Shown: piece by piece, positions 16,539 to 25,049 of the stretch | Position numbering within the stretch: the first letter of the stretch is position 1 | Layout: every line of letters begins with the position of its first letter | NCBI GenBank assembly: GCA_963704755.1 | Contig: OY969938.1 | Span: 3,060,001 to 3,092,000, forward strand | Direction: 5' to 3' | Length of the DNA: 32,000 nucleotides | Source: an uncultured Chloroflexia bacterium | Lineage (GTDB): Bacteria > Chloroflexota > Anaerolineae > Anaerolineales > Anaerolineaceae | Notes under the pieces: model-generated | Told to the model about the DNA's origin: nothing | Database searches by the model: none | Seen by the model: the letters and a program-made list of their open reading frames with translations, nothing else | Translations under genes and position numbers: made by a program

Positions 16539-18576
16539 ATGTTCGGTGGACCACGAATGATGTTGACCCAGGATACCCTCAAGGCGCGCAATACAAGCGC
16601 GACTCTGCTCCGCTTTGGGGCCAAGTTTAAGCCTTACTGGTGGGTGGGGGTCCTGATTTTGTTCCTGGTGACGTTTTCTACCTGGGCGCAGGTGACCAGC
16701 CCGGACTTGATGGGCCAGATCGTAGATTGCTACCTGACGCCGACCACAGCCGGTACGGATACCAGCGTCCTGGGCAGCTTCAAATCTGGCCGGCAGCTCG
16801 AAAGTCAATTGCTGGTTGAGCCAGGAACCCGGCGGGTTCACCCACACGGTGATCCGGAGCCTGTTGACGATCGGCAATTTCAAGGTGCCGGTCCTGGACG
16901 GTTCGATGACCCAGGACGACCGGTTCGCCGGCCTGGGCCGGCTTGTGCTGATCCTGATCGGCCTGTACGTGGGCTCGGCCCTGACGACCGGGCTGATGTT
17001 CTACACGATGACCTGGGCCGGCCAGCACGTATTGCGTGACCTGCGCATCGACGTTTTCAAACACCTGCACCGGCTGCACCTGGGCTATTATAGCGAGCAC
17101 GAGGCCGGCGACCTGATGAGCCGCATCACCAACGATACCGAGGCTATCGGCCAGGCGGTCAACTTTGCCTTGTTGAACGTATTAACCGGGGTAGTCCTGC
17201 TGGTCTGGATCATTTACACCATGCTGGCGCGCAACCTGGCTTTCGCCTTGCTCAGCATGGCCGTGACTCCGCTGATGGTGGTTGCCACGGTCTGGTTTTC
17301 CACCCAGGCACGCCGGGCCTTCCGCAAGACGCGCACCGAGATGGGCAACATCAACGCCGAACTGCAGGAAAGCATTTCGGCCGTACGCGAGGTACAGGCC
17401 TTCAACCGGGCCGAGGAAAATATCGAAAACTTCCGGGTGGTCAATGCCGCCAACCGGGATGCCAACGTCCGCGCAGTGGCCTTTACCAGCGCGCTTTCGC
17501 CGCTGCTGGAGGCCCTGGGCTATGTTGCCCTGGCCATCGTCACCTGCGTGGGTGGCCTGGCTCTGCTGGGCAAGATCAGCCTGCCGGGTGAAGCGGTCTC
17601 GCTGGGCCTGGTGGTGACCTTTCTGGGCTACGTCCAGCGCTTCAACCAGCCTATCCAGCAAATCTCGGTCCTGTGGACCAACATCCAGAACGCCATCGCC
17701 GGAGCCGAACGGATCTTCGGTTTGCTGGACGAAAAAGCCGAAGTCCAGGACGTACCCGGGGCCGGATCGATCGCGGCCATTCAGGGCCGGGTAGAGCTGC
17801 GCGACGTCAGCGCGGAATATCTCAAGGGCCAGCCGGTGTTGTGTCACGTCAGCTTCACGGCCGAACCGGGCCAGACTGTGGCCATCGTCGGACCGACCGG
17901 CGCCGGCAAGACCACCATCATCAACCTGATCCCGCGTTTCTACGATGTAACCGAGGGCGCCGTACTGGTGGATGGCGTCGACGTACGTTCCGTGACGGCC
18001 GAGAGCCTGCGCAGCCAGATCGGTATCGTTTTGCAGGATACCTTCCTCTTCAGCACCACGGTGAAAGAGAACATACGCTTTGGGCGCCTGGACGCCAGCG
18101 ATGAGGATGTTTATGCGGCCGCCCGGCTGGCTTACGCGGATACGTTCATCGATCGTCTGACCCAGGGGTATGATACCGTTCTGGGCGAGCGCGGCAGCGG
18201 GCTTTCGCAGGGCCAGCGCCAGTTGCTGGCCATCGCCCGGGCCGCTTTAGCCGATCCGCGCATCCTGATCCTGGACGAGGCCACCTCCAGCGTGGATACC
18301 CGCACCGAGCGCCTGATCCAGAAAGCGCTCGAAAAGCTGCTGCACGGGCGTACCTCCTTCGTGATCGCCCACCGCCTGAGCACCATCCGCAACGCCGACC
18401 AGGTTTTGGTGGTCAACGATGGCGAGATCATCGAGCGCGGTAAGCACGACGAGTTATTAGCCCAGCGGGGCTTCTATTACAACCTGTATATGAGCCAGTT
18501 CCGCAGTGAACCTGAATATGACCAGGCCCTGCGCAACGCCGGCCACGGCACCTCCACCCAGCCGGCCACAGGCTGA
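16539..18576 (+). pseudogene. ABC exporter, fused permease/ATPase subunit 2, interrupted by an apparent +1 frameshift between about 16738 and 16840
   Basis: ORF 16539..17039 (AAGGAG 6 nt upstream of its ATG) encodes the N-terminus and TM1 (LLRFGAKFKPYWWVGVLILFLVTFSTWAQV), then turns into Arg/Pro junk. ORF 16816..18576 (TTG start in the track) lacks TM1 but has TM2-6 plus the NBD (GPTGAGKTT, LSQGQRQL, ILILDEATS). The downstream frame is open from 16738. 2038 nt minus 1 gives 679 codons. Confidence 0.75.
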
Positions 18577-18580
18577 TGGT

Positions 18581-18633
18581 CTTAATTAAAGGTGTTGGCC
18601 TGGGCTTCGCTCAGGCCAACACCTTTAATTAAG
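18581..18633. terminator. 22-bp perfect-stem hairpin between convergent genes (possible bidirectional terminator)
   Basis: CTTAATTAAAGGTGTTGGCCTG (18581-18602) / 9-nt loop / CAGGCCAACACCTTTAATTAAG (18612-18633). The right arm overlaps the kinase stop codon. No clear T-tracts. Confidence 0.45.
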
Positions 18634-20230
18634 AATTCAAACGGCGGTAAAGCCCCTTCATCTGCTGGTAAATCTGCTTGAAGACCGCGAATTTTTCCTC
18701 GTAGATCGCCCGGTTTTGTGGATCGGGCGTGTAGCTCTGCTTGAAGGACACCAGACCGGGAATATCGTCGAATGAAATTTCACCCAGGCCCACGGCGGCA
18801 ATCCAGGCCGCGCCGCGTGCATTGGCATAAATGGGATCGGCGACCTGCTTGATTTCCACACCCATAACGTCGGCGAAAATCTGGCACCAGATATCCGATT
18901 GGGCTCCGCCGCCGGCAATGTGGATCGTTTCGACCTTCCTGCCCATAAACTTCTGCATCGGGGCGAGCAGCCAGCGTGAGTTGAAAGCAATCCCTTCCAG
19001 CATCGCGCGGATGATGTCTTCACGGGTATTGTGCAGAGACAGGTTATAGAGCCCGGCGCGAATGGTTTTGTCGTCGATCGGGGCCCTTTCGCCCCAAATC
19101 CAGGGGGTGTAGATCACCCCGTCGCTGCCGGCCGGTACACGGGCAGCGATTTGGTCGAGCACTTTGAAAATATCGGGTACGTCGGCTTCTTGCAGGAGCT
19201 CGTCTTTGTGATAGAGGATGTTGTCGCGCAGGAAAGTGAGGTTACCCCCGGCGGTGGCCTGGAGGGCGGTCAGTAAATAGCGCCCGGGCAAGGCACAGGG
19301 CACAGAAGCCAGCGAGGTGGCCACGTCGGTCTTTTTGAAGGGGACGTGCGCCGCCAGCCAGGAAGAGGTGCCGATGTACATATGGGTGGCGTAATCCTGT
19401 ACTGCTCCGGAGCCGACGGCGGAGGCTGTATTGTCGATGGCCCCGGCGACAACCTTAACGTTACGGGATAGTCCCAGGGCGGCGGCGACTTCGGTCTTGA
19501 GCGGGCCTAAGACGCTGGTGCAGGGCACGATCTCGGGGAACTTATCGGCCTCGATGCCGCATTCGCGTACCAGGGCAGGGTGGTAATGAACCGCGTCCGG
19601 CGAGCGATTATCGCTGACCCAGGAGGTAAGAATCGAGTCATAGGTGGCCACAAAGCGGCCGGTCAGGCGCAGGTTGAGATAATCCAGAACGTTCAGGAAT
19701 TTATAGGTTTTGGCATAGATTTGCGGGTACCGGTCGCGGATCAAGAGCATGTGCGCCGCCGGGTCTTTGCCGGTCAAAGAGGGCATTCCGCCGGTCAATG
19801 CAATCCATTGGAAGGTTTTGAAAAGGCTGACCCCACCGAGGTTGATCAACCCGTGGAACTGCTTGTGCAGGTGAGACGCCCCGCGCATGTCCATCCACAG
19901 GACGCAATTCATCAAAGCCCGGCCATCCCGGTCGACCGGTACGGTTCCTTCGCCCTGGGTGGAGGCGCAGACGGCATACACCTGCTTGCGCGCCTGCGGA
20001 TAGCGGTTGAACAGCCGGCTGGTCGCGCTAATAAAGGCGGTCCACCATTCTTCGGGGGATTGCTCGGCCCCGCCCTCGGTATTCAGGTACAGTTGGGTGG
20101 CCTGGTTTTCCCAGCCAAGCACTTGCCCACTCACCTGGATCAAGGCGACCTTCATACCGGAAGTGCCCAGATCGAGGGATAGGATGAGCGGTTCAGCGAT
20201 CAAATTGGAAGTGTCGTGCGATTCAGGCAT
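18629..20230 (-). CDS. FGGY-family carbohydrate kinase
   Basis: N-terminal LILSLDLGTSGMKVALI, plus FGGY N- and C-domain features (GTSSWL, IHIAGGGAQSDIWCQIFADV). ATG at 20230 is preferred (the track TTG at 20236 is 2 codons upstream). It overlaps the MFS stop by 8 nt. Confidence 0.85.
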   Translation of the reverse strand: MPESHDTSNLIAEPLILSLDLGTSGMKVALIQVSGQVLGWENQATQLYLNTEGGAEQSPEEWWTAFISATSRLFNRYPQARKQVYAVCASTQGEGTVPVDRDGRALMNCVLWMDMRGASHLHKQFHGLINLGGVSLFKTFQWIALTGGMPSLTGKDPAAHMLLIRDRYPQIYAKTYKFLNVLDYLNLRLTGRFVATYDSILTSWVSDNRSPDAVHYHPALVRECGIEADKFPEIVPCTSVLGPLKTEVAAALGLSRNVKVVAGAIDNTASAVGSGAVQDYATHMYIGTSSWLAAHVPFKKTDVATSLASVPCALPGRYLLTALQATAGGNLTFLRDNILYHKDELLQEADVPDIFKVLDQIAARVPAGSDGVIYTPWIWGERAPIDDKTIRAGLYNLSLHNTREDIIRAMLEGIAFNSRWLLAPMQKFMGRKVETIHIAGGGAQSDIWCQIFADVMGVEIKQVADPIYANARGAAWIAAVGLGEISFDDIPGLVSFKQSYTPDPQNRAIYEEKFAVFKQIYQQMKGLYRRLNS

Positions 20231-21431
20231 GGGCAATTTGTGGATCCTTTAGCCGGGTAATGAGTACGATTTCAACCAACAGCAGCCCCAGGGCCAGCAG
20301 CAGCGCCGGGGTAAACGACCCGTCCGGCGCTTTGACTGCTTCCATAATATAGACGAAAACGACCGAGGCCTGTCCAAACAACTGGATCAAGCCGTTCGAG
20401 GTGCCTTCGGGGGTGGGATGCGTGATTTCGGCCGCATATTGCATCCCCACCGGCATGGTGCTGGTCAGGAAGAAGCCCAATCCAAATGCGGAGACAAATA
20501 AAACCCACAAGGTCGTGGCATAGGTTAATCCCAGCAGGAAGGGGATGGTCATAGCAAAACCCAGCAGGATGTAGCGCTGGCGCTTGTGCTGGCGGTCCGA
20601 GAAGGGCGGGATAACCACCGCTCCGATTACACCGCCGATGAGCATCAACGCGCCGAGCGTACCGGCGTCGGTAGGGGTGAATCCGCGCGGGCGGATGATG
20701 TTTTCTACCCAGGTGGTAATGCCGTTGAAAATCCCCAGGCCGATGAACGCCACTGCCAGGTAAAACCAGAACCGCCGGTTTTTCAGCGCGGTCTTCAAGC
20801 CGTCCAGCATCAGCGCCCGCACTTCCTGGCCGGCCGGGCAAGGCGGCGTGGCCGGTTTTTCGCGCGAAAGCAGGACGAACAGCACCGCGGAAAAGGCGGC
20901 CACAGCCCCATAGATTAATTGGATGTTGGAGATGGGCATGCTTTCGATCAAGATGGGTGTGAGCACCATGCCCAGGGCCGTACCCACCAGGTTGGCCAGG
21001 GTGACCAGGCCTACGGCCGTGGCGCGCTCTTCGACGGCAAACCAGTTGGCGGGCACCTTGGTCCAGGCGTTGAGCAAAAAAGGCTGGGCGGCGGCGATGC
21101 CAACGGTGGCCAGCAGGACACCCAAATAGCTCGTTCCAACCAGCCCGCGCAGCAAGCCGAAAAAGCCCATGGCCACGGCGCCAATACTCACCGCCAGGCG
21201 AAACCCATAGGTATCGATCACCCACGAAACCGGGATGGCCAGCGGGATGAAGGCCACCATGAACGACATGGCCAGCCAGCCAATTTTTAGATCGGTGACG
21301 CCATAAAAACTGGCTGCCAGGCCGGTGACGGGAGCGTAACTGATCCAGAGGATCTGGATGGTCAGGTTGATGAACATGAACACACCCAAAACCACCCAAC
21401 GGTAGGGATAGAGCTTGTATTGATCGGTCAT
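20223..21431 (-). CDS. MFS transporter
   Basis: 402 aa with about 12 hydrophobic helices and typical MFS N-terminal topology (YRWVVLGVFMFINLTIQILW...). Confidence 0.85.
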   Translation of the reverse strand: MTDQYKLYPYRWVVLGVFMFINLTIQILWISYAPVTGLAASFYGVTDLKIGWLAMSFMVAFIPLAIPVSWVIDTYGFRLAVSIGAVAMGFFGLLRGLVGTSYLGVLLATVGIAAAQPFLLNAWTKVPANWFAVEERATAVGLVTLANLVGTALGMVLTPILIESMPISNIQLIYGAVAAFSAVLFVLLSREKPATPPCPAGQEVRALMLDGLKTALKNRRFWFYLAVAFIGLGIFNGITTWVENIIRPRGFTPTDAGTLGALMLIGGVIGAVVIPPFSDRQHKRQRYILLGFAMTIPFLLGLTYATTLWVLFVSAFGLGFFLTSTMPVGMQYAAEITHPTPEGTSNGLIQLFGQASVVFVYIMEAVKAPDGSFTPALLLALGLLLVEIVLITRLKDPQIAHA

Positions 21432-21535
21432 GGGGCACCCCTTGGCAACGGAAGGAATTAGAAGTTAAGTAATTCGGGTTTCACACTTATCAGGTCAGGC
21501 AGTTACGGGAATCATTCATTGGCAGAAAATGCGCG

Positions 21536-21563
21536 CCAGCCCACCGCTGATCCGGTGGGCTGG
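21536..21563 (-). terminator. 11-bp stem hairpin between the aminotransferase and MFS genes (possible internal terminator/attenuator)
   Basis: CCAGCCCACCG / CTGATC / CGGTGGGCTGG. It is flanked by an A-rich run and a T-rich run (TGTTTTTCTCT on the + strand, CATTTTCTG on the - strand). Confidence 0.45.
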
Positions 21564-21576
21564 TGTTTTTCTCTCG

Positions 21577-23022
21577 TTATACGCACTCGCTCAATACATT
21601 TTCGAACTGGCTCAAGGCGTCGTCGATCACTTCGTCGGTATCCGCCATGGAGGTGTACATACGCGAACCGGCCAGGGTGATCAACCCATTGGCCATGTAA
21701 GCCGCACCCATCTCTTCGATCATTTGCTTACGCGGCTTGAGCTCCCGCGCCAGGCGCAAGGGGTTGCGCAGGTCCAGCAGCATCACCCCCGAGGTCTCCA
21801 AATGGACGATCGAGCCCTGGTTGAAGGCTACAAAAGGCAACCCGTATTTATCGATGATGGCATTTAACCCACGGGTGAGCCGGTCCCCGGCCTGCCCGGC
21901 GATGACCGGGGCGTTGGTGCGCTCCATTTCACGCAAGGCATGGTAGCCGGCCACGCAAGAAAGCGGGTTGGCCGAAAGGGTGCCGCCCACGTAAGCGCGC
22001 TCACCGGTGCCGCCGATGCCGGCCGCAAAGCCCATGATCACCTCCCGCCGGCCGCCCACCCCGCCCGCCATCGGGTAGCCGCCGGTGACGCACTTGCCGA
22101 ACACGGTCAAGTCGGGTTTGACGCCGAAGTAGCCCTGGGCGCTGCCCATCCCCAGGCGGAAGCCGGTCACGACCTCATCGAAGATGAGCAGCGCGCCGAA
22201 TTCATCGCACAATTCACGGATCTTCTGGTTGAAATCAAACGGCACCGGCCGGGTACCGCTTTCCGGCCCAACCGGCTCGACGATGACCGCCGCCGTGCCC
22301 CCGCGCAGCCGGTTGAGTACCAGGTGGCGCTTCAAAGCGCTCAGGCTGTTGGGAAAAAACTCTTCGGTGGAGCCGCTGGCTCCCCGCGGAATGCCTTTCG
22401 ATTCCAGCCGGCCGGTACCGGGCACGTGCAGGCCGTAAACCATCTGGTCGCTCCAGCCATGGTAGGCCCCGCCGACCTTGATGACATATTTCTTTTTGGT
22501 GAACACCCGCGCCGCACGGATGGCGGCCATCACGCCCTCGGTCCCGGACCCCAACATGCGGAACATTTCAACCGCGGGCATGTATTGATTGATGAGCTGG
22601 GCCAGTTTTAGCTCGTATTCGTGGAACAGCCCGGTCACCGGGCCGCACGATTGCAGCATTTCGAAAACTTTTTCGCGCACCGGGGCGTAGTTGCTGCCCA
22701 GGACGGTTGGCCCACCGGCTTGCAGAAAGTCAATGTAGCGGTTGCCATCGGCATCCCACAGGTAGGCCCCCTCGGCTTTCTCGATGGCGATGGGGAAAGG
22801 ATAGTTGAAAGCCAGGTTATGCTGCACGCCGCCGGGGATAAACTGCTTGGCTTCATCGGTCAGTGCTTTCGAACGGGTGCATTTAGTTTCAAAGTAATCC
22901 AGGTAGGACTGCATTTTTTCGGGATGCACCGGCCGCAGCGGCTGGCGGACCAGCTTATCCAGCCTGGCGTAAACTTCTTTGACATCGGGATATTCGCTAA
23001 TGGCATATTTTTGATCGGTCAT
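21577..23022 (-). CDS. Class-III (GSA-aminomutase-like) PLP-dependent aminotransferase
   Basis: 481 aa. GSGTEGVMAAIRAAR, GGAYHGW, LIFDEVVTGFRLG, FGKCVTGGYPMAG (PLP-lysine context). Confidence 0.85.
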   Translation of the reverse strand: MTDQKYAISEYPDVKEVYARLDKLVRQPLRPVHPEKMQSYLDYFETKCTRSKALTDEAKQFIPGGVQHNLAFNYPFPIAIEKAEGAYLWDADGNRYIDFLQAGGPTVLGSNYAPVREKVFEMLQSCGPVTGLFHEYELKLAQLINQYMPAVEMFRMLGSGTEGVMAAIRAARVFTKKKYVIKVGGAYHGWSDQMVYGLHVPGTGRLESKGIPRGASGSTEEFFPNSLSALKRHLVLNRLRGGTAAVIVEPVGPESGTRPVPFDFNQKIRELCDEFGALLIFDEVVTGFRLGMGSAQGYFGVKPDLTVFGKCVTGGYPMAGGVGGRREVIMGFAAGIGGTGERAYVGGTLSANPLSCVAGYHALREMERTNAPVIAGQAGDRLTRGLNAIIDKYGLPFVAFNQGSIVHLETSGVMLLDLRNPLRLARELKPRKQMIEEMGAAYMANGLITLAGSRMYTSMADTDEVIDDALSQFENVLSECV

Positions 23023-23034
23023 GATGATCTCCTG

Positions 23035-23721
23035 CTATTCACCTTTTGTAGCCGGCAGGCCACTTTCGACATTTTTCTGGTCTTTGCGTAATTTGGAGAA
23101 GGCGATCTCGCGTACGGCCAGGGGGATTTTGCTCACTTTACGCTCGCTGCACAGCGCCAACAGGTAGGCCAGCGCGCACTTTTCCAGGACCTCGACGTTA
23201 TGCAAGGCACGCTCCATGTCGTCGCCAAACACCAGGGCGCCGTGGTTCTGCATCATAAAGGCATTGTTGTGATTTTTGACGTGTTTGGCCACTTGATTTT
23301 TGAGCATGCCCGTTCCCGACGGCGCGTAGGGGATGATTTCCACACTGCGACCCAAGAATCGCGCCTGTTCATCGAACAGGGCCGGGATGGGCGCCTTGAT
23401 CAGCGTCAATGCGCTGGTATAAACCTGGTGGGTGTGGATGATGGCGTTCACATCGCCGCGGACCTGGTAAATGGCGCAGTGCATGGCCGATTCAACCGAA
23501 GGCTTTAACTGACCTTCCAGCGGGTTCAGGTTGAAATCCAGTACACAGACGTCTTCAGGCGTCATTTTTAGATAATCGAAATCGGAGGGTGTTACAGCGA
23601 AGGCGTTCTGCCCGGGGATGCGCAGCGAGACATTTCCGCCCGTCGCCATGAGATAGCCTTTGGCTACCAATTGCTGGCACGAAGCTATAATTTGCTGTTT
23701 ATAGAGATCAAAGTTGCCCAT
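23035..23721 (-). CDS. Class II aldolase/adducin-family protein (fuculose-phosphate aldolase / ribulose-5-P epimerase-like)
   Basis: 228 aa. ATGGNVSLR, PSVESAMHCAIY, AIIHTHQVY, MQNHGALVFG. Lies 12 nt upstream of the aminotransferase gene. Confidence 0.85.
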   Translation of the reverse strand: MGNFDLYKQQIIASCQQLVAKGYLMATGGNVSLRIPGQNAFAVTPSDFDYLKMTPEDVCVLDFNLNPLEGQLKPSVESAMHCAIYQVRGDVNAIIHTHQVYTSALTLIKAPIPALFDEQARFLGRSVEIIPYAPSGTGMLKNQVAKHVKNHNNAFMMQNHGALVFGDDMERALHNVEVLEKCALAYLLALCSERKVSKIPLAVREIAFSKLRKDQKNVESGLPATKGE

Positions 23722-23789
23722 ATTGACCTGTTTTTAGAGGGAATTTTGGTGGGAGAGCCGGTAGTTAAGAAAACGATATACCCAAATCG

Positions 23790-23805
23790 GATAAGCGCGC
23801 TTATC
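23790..23805. promoter_or_regulatory. Perfect 16-bp palindrome, candidate operator in the divergent aldolase/TetR intergenic region
   Basis: GATAAGCGCGCTTATC. Confidence 0.45.
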
Positions 23806-23831
23806 TAGACACTGTAAAGATTCTAGAACAC

Positions 23832-23852
23832 AATCTTGACAATGTCAAGATT
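23832..23852. promoter_or_regulatory. Perfect 21-bp palindrome (10+1+10), candidate TetR operator overlapping the tetR promoter
   Basis: AATCTTGACA-A-TGTCAAGATT. It covers the TTGACA -35 hexamer and ends 19 nt before the tetR ATG. Confidence 0.6.
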
Positions 23853-23864
23853 TAACAATAAGAT
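23836..23864 (+). promoter_or_regulatory. Candidate promoter of the TetR gene, predicting a leaderless mRNA
   Basis: TTGACA (23836-23841), 17-nt spacer, TAAGAT (23859-23864). The ATG at 23871 sits 7 nt after the -10 and has no Shine-Dalgarno. Confidence 0.45.
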
Positions 23865-23870
23865 TGGTCC

Positions 23871-24506
23871 ATGCCCGGCCAAAAATACCATCATGGGGAT
23901 TTGAAAAACGCGCTGATTAAAGCCGGGATAGAAATATTGTCCAGGGAAGGTGTAGGCGCGCTCAGCCTGCGCAAAGTGGCCCAACGGGCGGGGGTGAGTC
24001 ACGCCGCGCCATACGCGCATTTTACCGATAAGCAGGCCCTGATCGCAGCCATATCCACCGAGGGCTACCGGATGCTCTATGAAAAGCTGGAGACCGCCCG
24101 GCAGCGCTACGCGGGCGATCCGCTGCGCCAACTGGTGGAAGCGGCCTGGGCGTACACCCGTTTTGCCCTGGATGACCCCGACCATTTCAAGATCACTTTT
24201 TCGGGGTCGGTGGAAAAAGAGAAAGATTACCCGGCCTTTGTGGAAATGTCGCAGAAGAGTTTTGCCCTGGTGACGGAATTGGTAGGCAACTGCCAGGAAG
24301 CCGGCATTCTCGAGGCCGGGCCATTGGACGCGATGACGGTCAGCGTATGGAGCCTGGTGCACGGGTATGTGTCGCTGCTGCTCGAAAGCCAGATATCTCA
24401 CACCCTCACCGAGCGAATGTCGGTGCGTGAGATGTTAATTTTTGTCTTGAGCCGCATGACGATCCGAGAGATCCCGGCCGAATTTCGGCTTCCGCCAACC
24501 TCGTAG
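23871..24506 (+). CDS. TetR/AcrR family transcriptional regulator
   Basis: 211 aa. N-terminal HTH: HGDLKNALIKAGIEILSREGVGALSLRKVAQRAGVSHAAPYAHF. The TAG stop (24504-24506) lies inside repeat copy A. Confidence 0.9.
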   Translation: MPGQKYHHGDLKNALIKAGIEILSREGVGALSLRKVAQRAGVSHAAPYAHFTDKQALIAAISTEGYRMLYEKLETARQRYAGDPLRQLVEAAWAYTRFALDDPDHFKITFSGSVEKEKDYPAFVEMSQKSFALVTELVGNCQEAGILEAGPLDAMTVSVWSLVHGYVSLLLESQISHTLTERMSVREMLIFVLSRMTIREIPAEFRLPPTS

Positions 24507-24640
24507 CCCGGCTTTCAAAGCCGGGAATACGTTCGGCCTATGCATCTCCGCGGTTGACAACCGGTGCTTCGTTACCCAACCGGCAGCTGAAGCTGCACCT
24601 ACGAAAGCACAAAGACCCACCCGCGTGGGTCTCTCTTTTG
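24504..24640 (+). repeat. 137-nt structured module, copy A
   Basis: (G)TAG + CCCGGCTTT-C-AAAGCCGGG (24507-24525); invariant core GCATCTCCGCGGTTGACAACCGGTGCTTCGTTACCCAACCGGCAGCT; GCAGCTGAAGCTGC; GACCCAC-CCGC-GTGGGTC (24614-24631) + TCTCTTTTG. Confidence 0.9.
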
Positions 24641-24704
24641 CCGAAGCCTGATTCCCAGCAGTGGGATCAGGCCCGCCGAATAATTCCCCTCACCCCGGCC
24701 CTCT

Positions 24705-24738
24705 CCCAGCGGCCGAGGCTGGGCTTCGTGTTTTTGTT
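24705..24738 (+). terminator. Terminator-like hairpin plus T-run in the linker between copies A and B
   Basis: CCCAGC-GGCCGAG-GCTGGG followed by CTTCGTGTTTTTGTT. The positional equivalent at 27951-27982 has a different stem. Confidence 0.45.
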
Positions 24739-24784
24739 GCTGCGACCTCGGTCGCGGGCAGCGCCGCCCGGTCCTGTAGTCCTG

Positions 24785-24921
24785 TAGCCCGGCTTTCAAA
24801 GCCGGGTAAACGTTCGGCCTATGCATCTCCGCGGTTGACAACCGGTGCTTCGTTACCCAACCGGCAGCTGAAGCTGCACCTACAAATACACAAAGACCCA
24901 CGAAAGTGGGTCTCCTTTTCG
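24785..24921 (+). repeat. 137-nt structured module, copy B
   Basis: Same architecture as copy A. Terminal hairpin GACCCAC-GAAA-GTGGGTC (24895-24912) + TCCTTTTCG. Linker ACAAATACAC replaces ACGAAAGCAC. Confidence 0.9.
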
Positions 24922-24992
24922 ACCAGGCCTGATTCCATAGACGAAACGGGGCGGATGATTGCCCTCACCCCTTCCCTGCCTTTTCACCTACC

Positions 24993-25036
24993 GGGTTGTT
25001 GAAGCAAACGGCGTATGCCGTTTGCTTCAACAACCC
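24993..25036. terminator. 20-bp perfect-stem hairpin 14 nt downstream of the lipoprotein gene stop
   Basis: GGGTTGTTGAAGCAAACGGC / GTAT / GCCGTTTGCTTCAACAACCC. On the transcribed (-) strand the T-run precedes the stem rather than following it, so it is not a canonical terminator. Confidence 0.4.
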
Positions 25037-25049
25037 AAAAATATTCAGA

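Noticed and set aside
20272-21438. 388-aa ORF overlapping the MFS gene in another frame
   Set aside because: It is Arg/Pro/Gly-rich nonsense. The 20223..21431 frame gives 12 clean hydrophobic helices.
24507-24525. tRNA-like anticodon arm (6-bp stem, 7-nt loop TTTCAAA giving anticodon UCA, Sec-like, or UGA on the other strand)
   Set aside because: No acceptor, D or T arms can be drawn from the flanking sequence. The 5' flank differs between copies. The loop is palindromic, so the apparent anticodon geometry is fortuitous.
24435-24901. Minus-strand small ORFs MGLC(A/V)FVGAA(S/L)AAGWVTKHRLSTAEM... repeated in all four modules (also 27629-28239); considered as a type I toxin-like hydrophobic peptide family
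   Set aside because: The 'start' is a GTG inside the terminator stem with no SD. The ORFs have no common stop and run into unrelated flanking sequence with different C-termini in each copy. The variable positions match hairpin loops rather than codon wobble.
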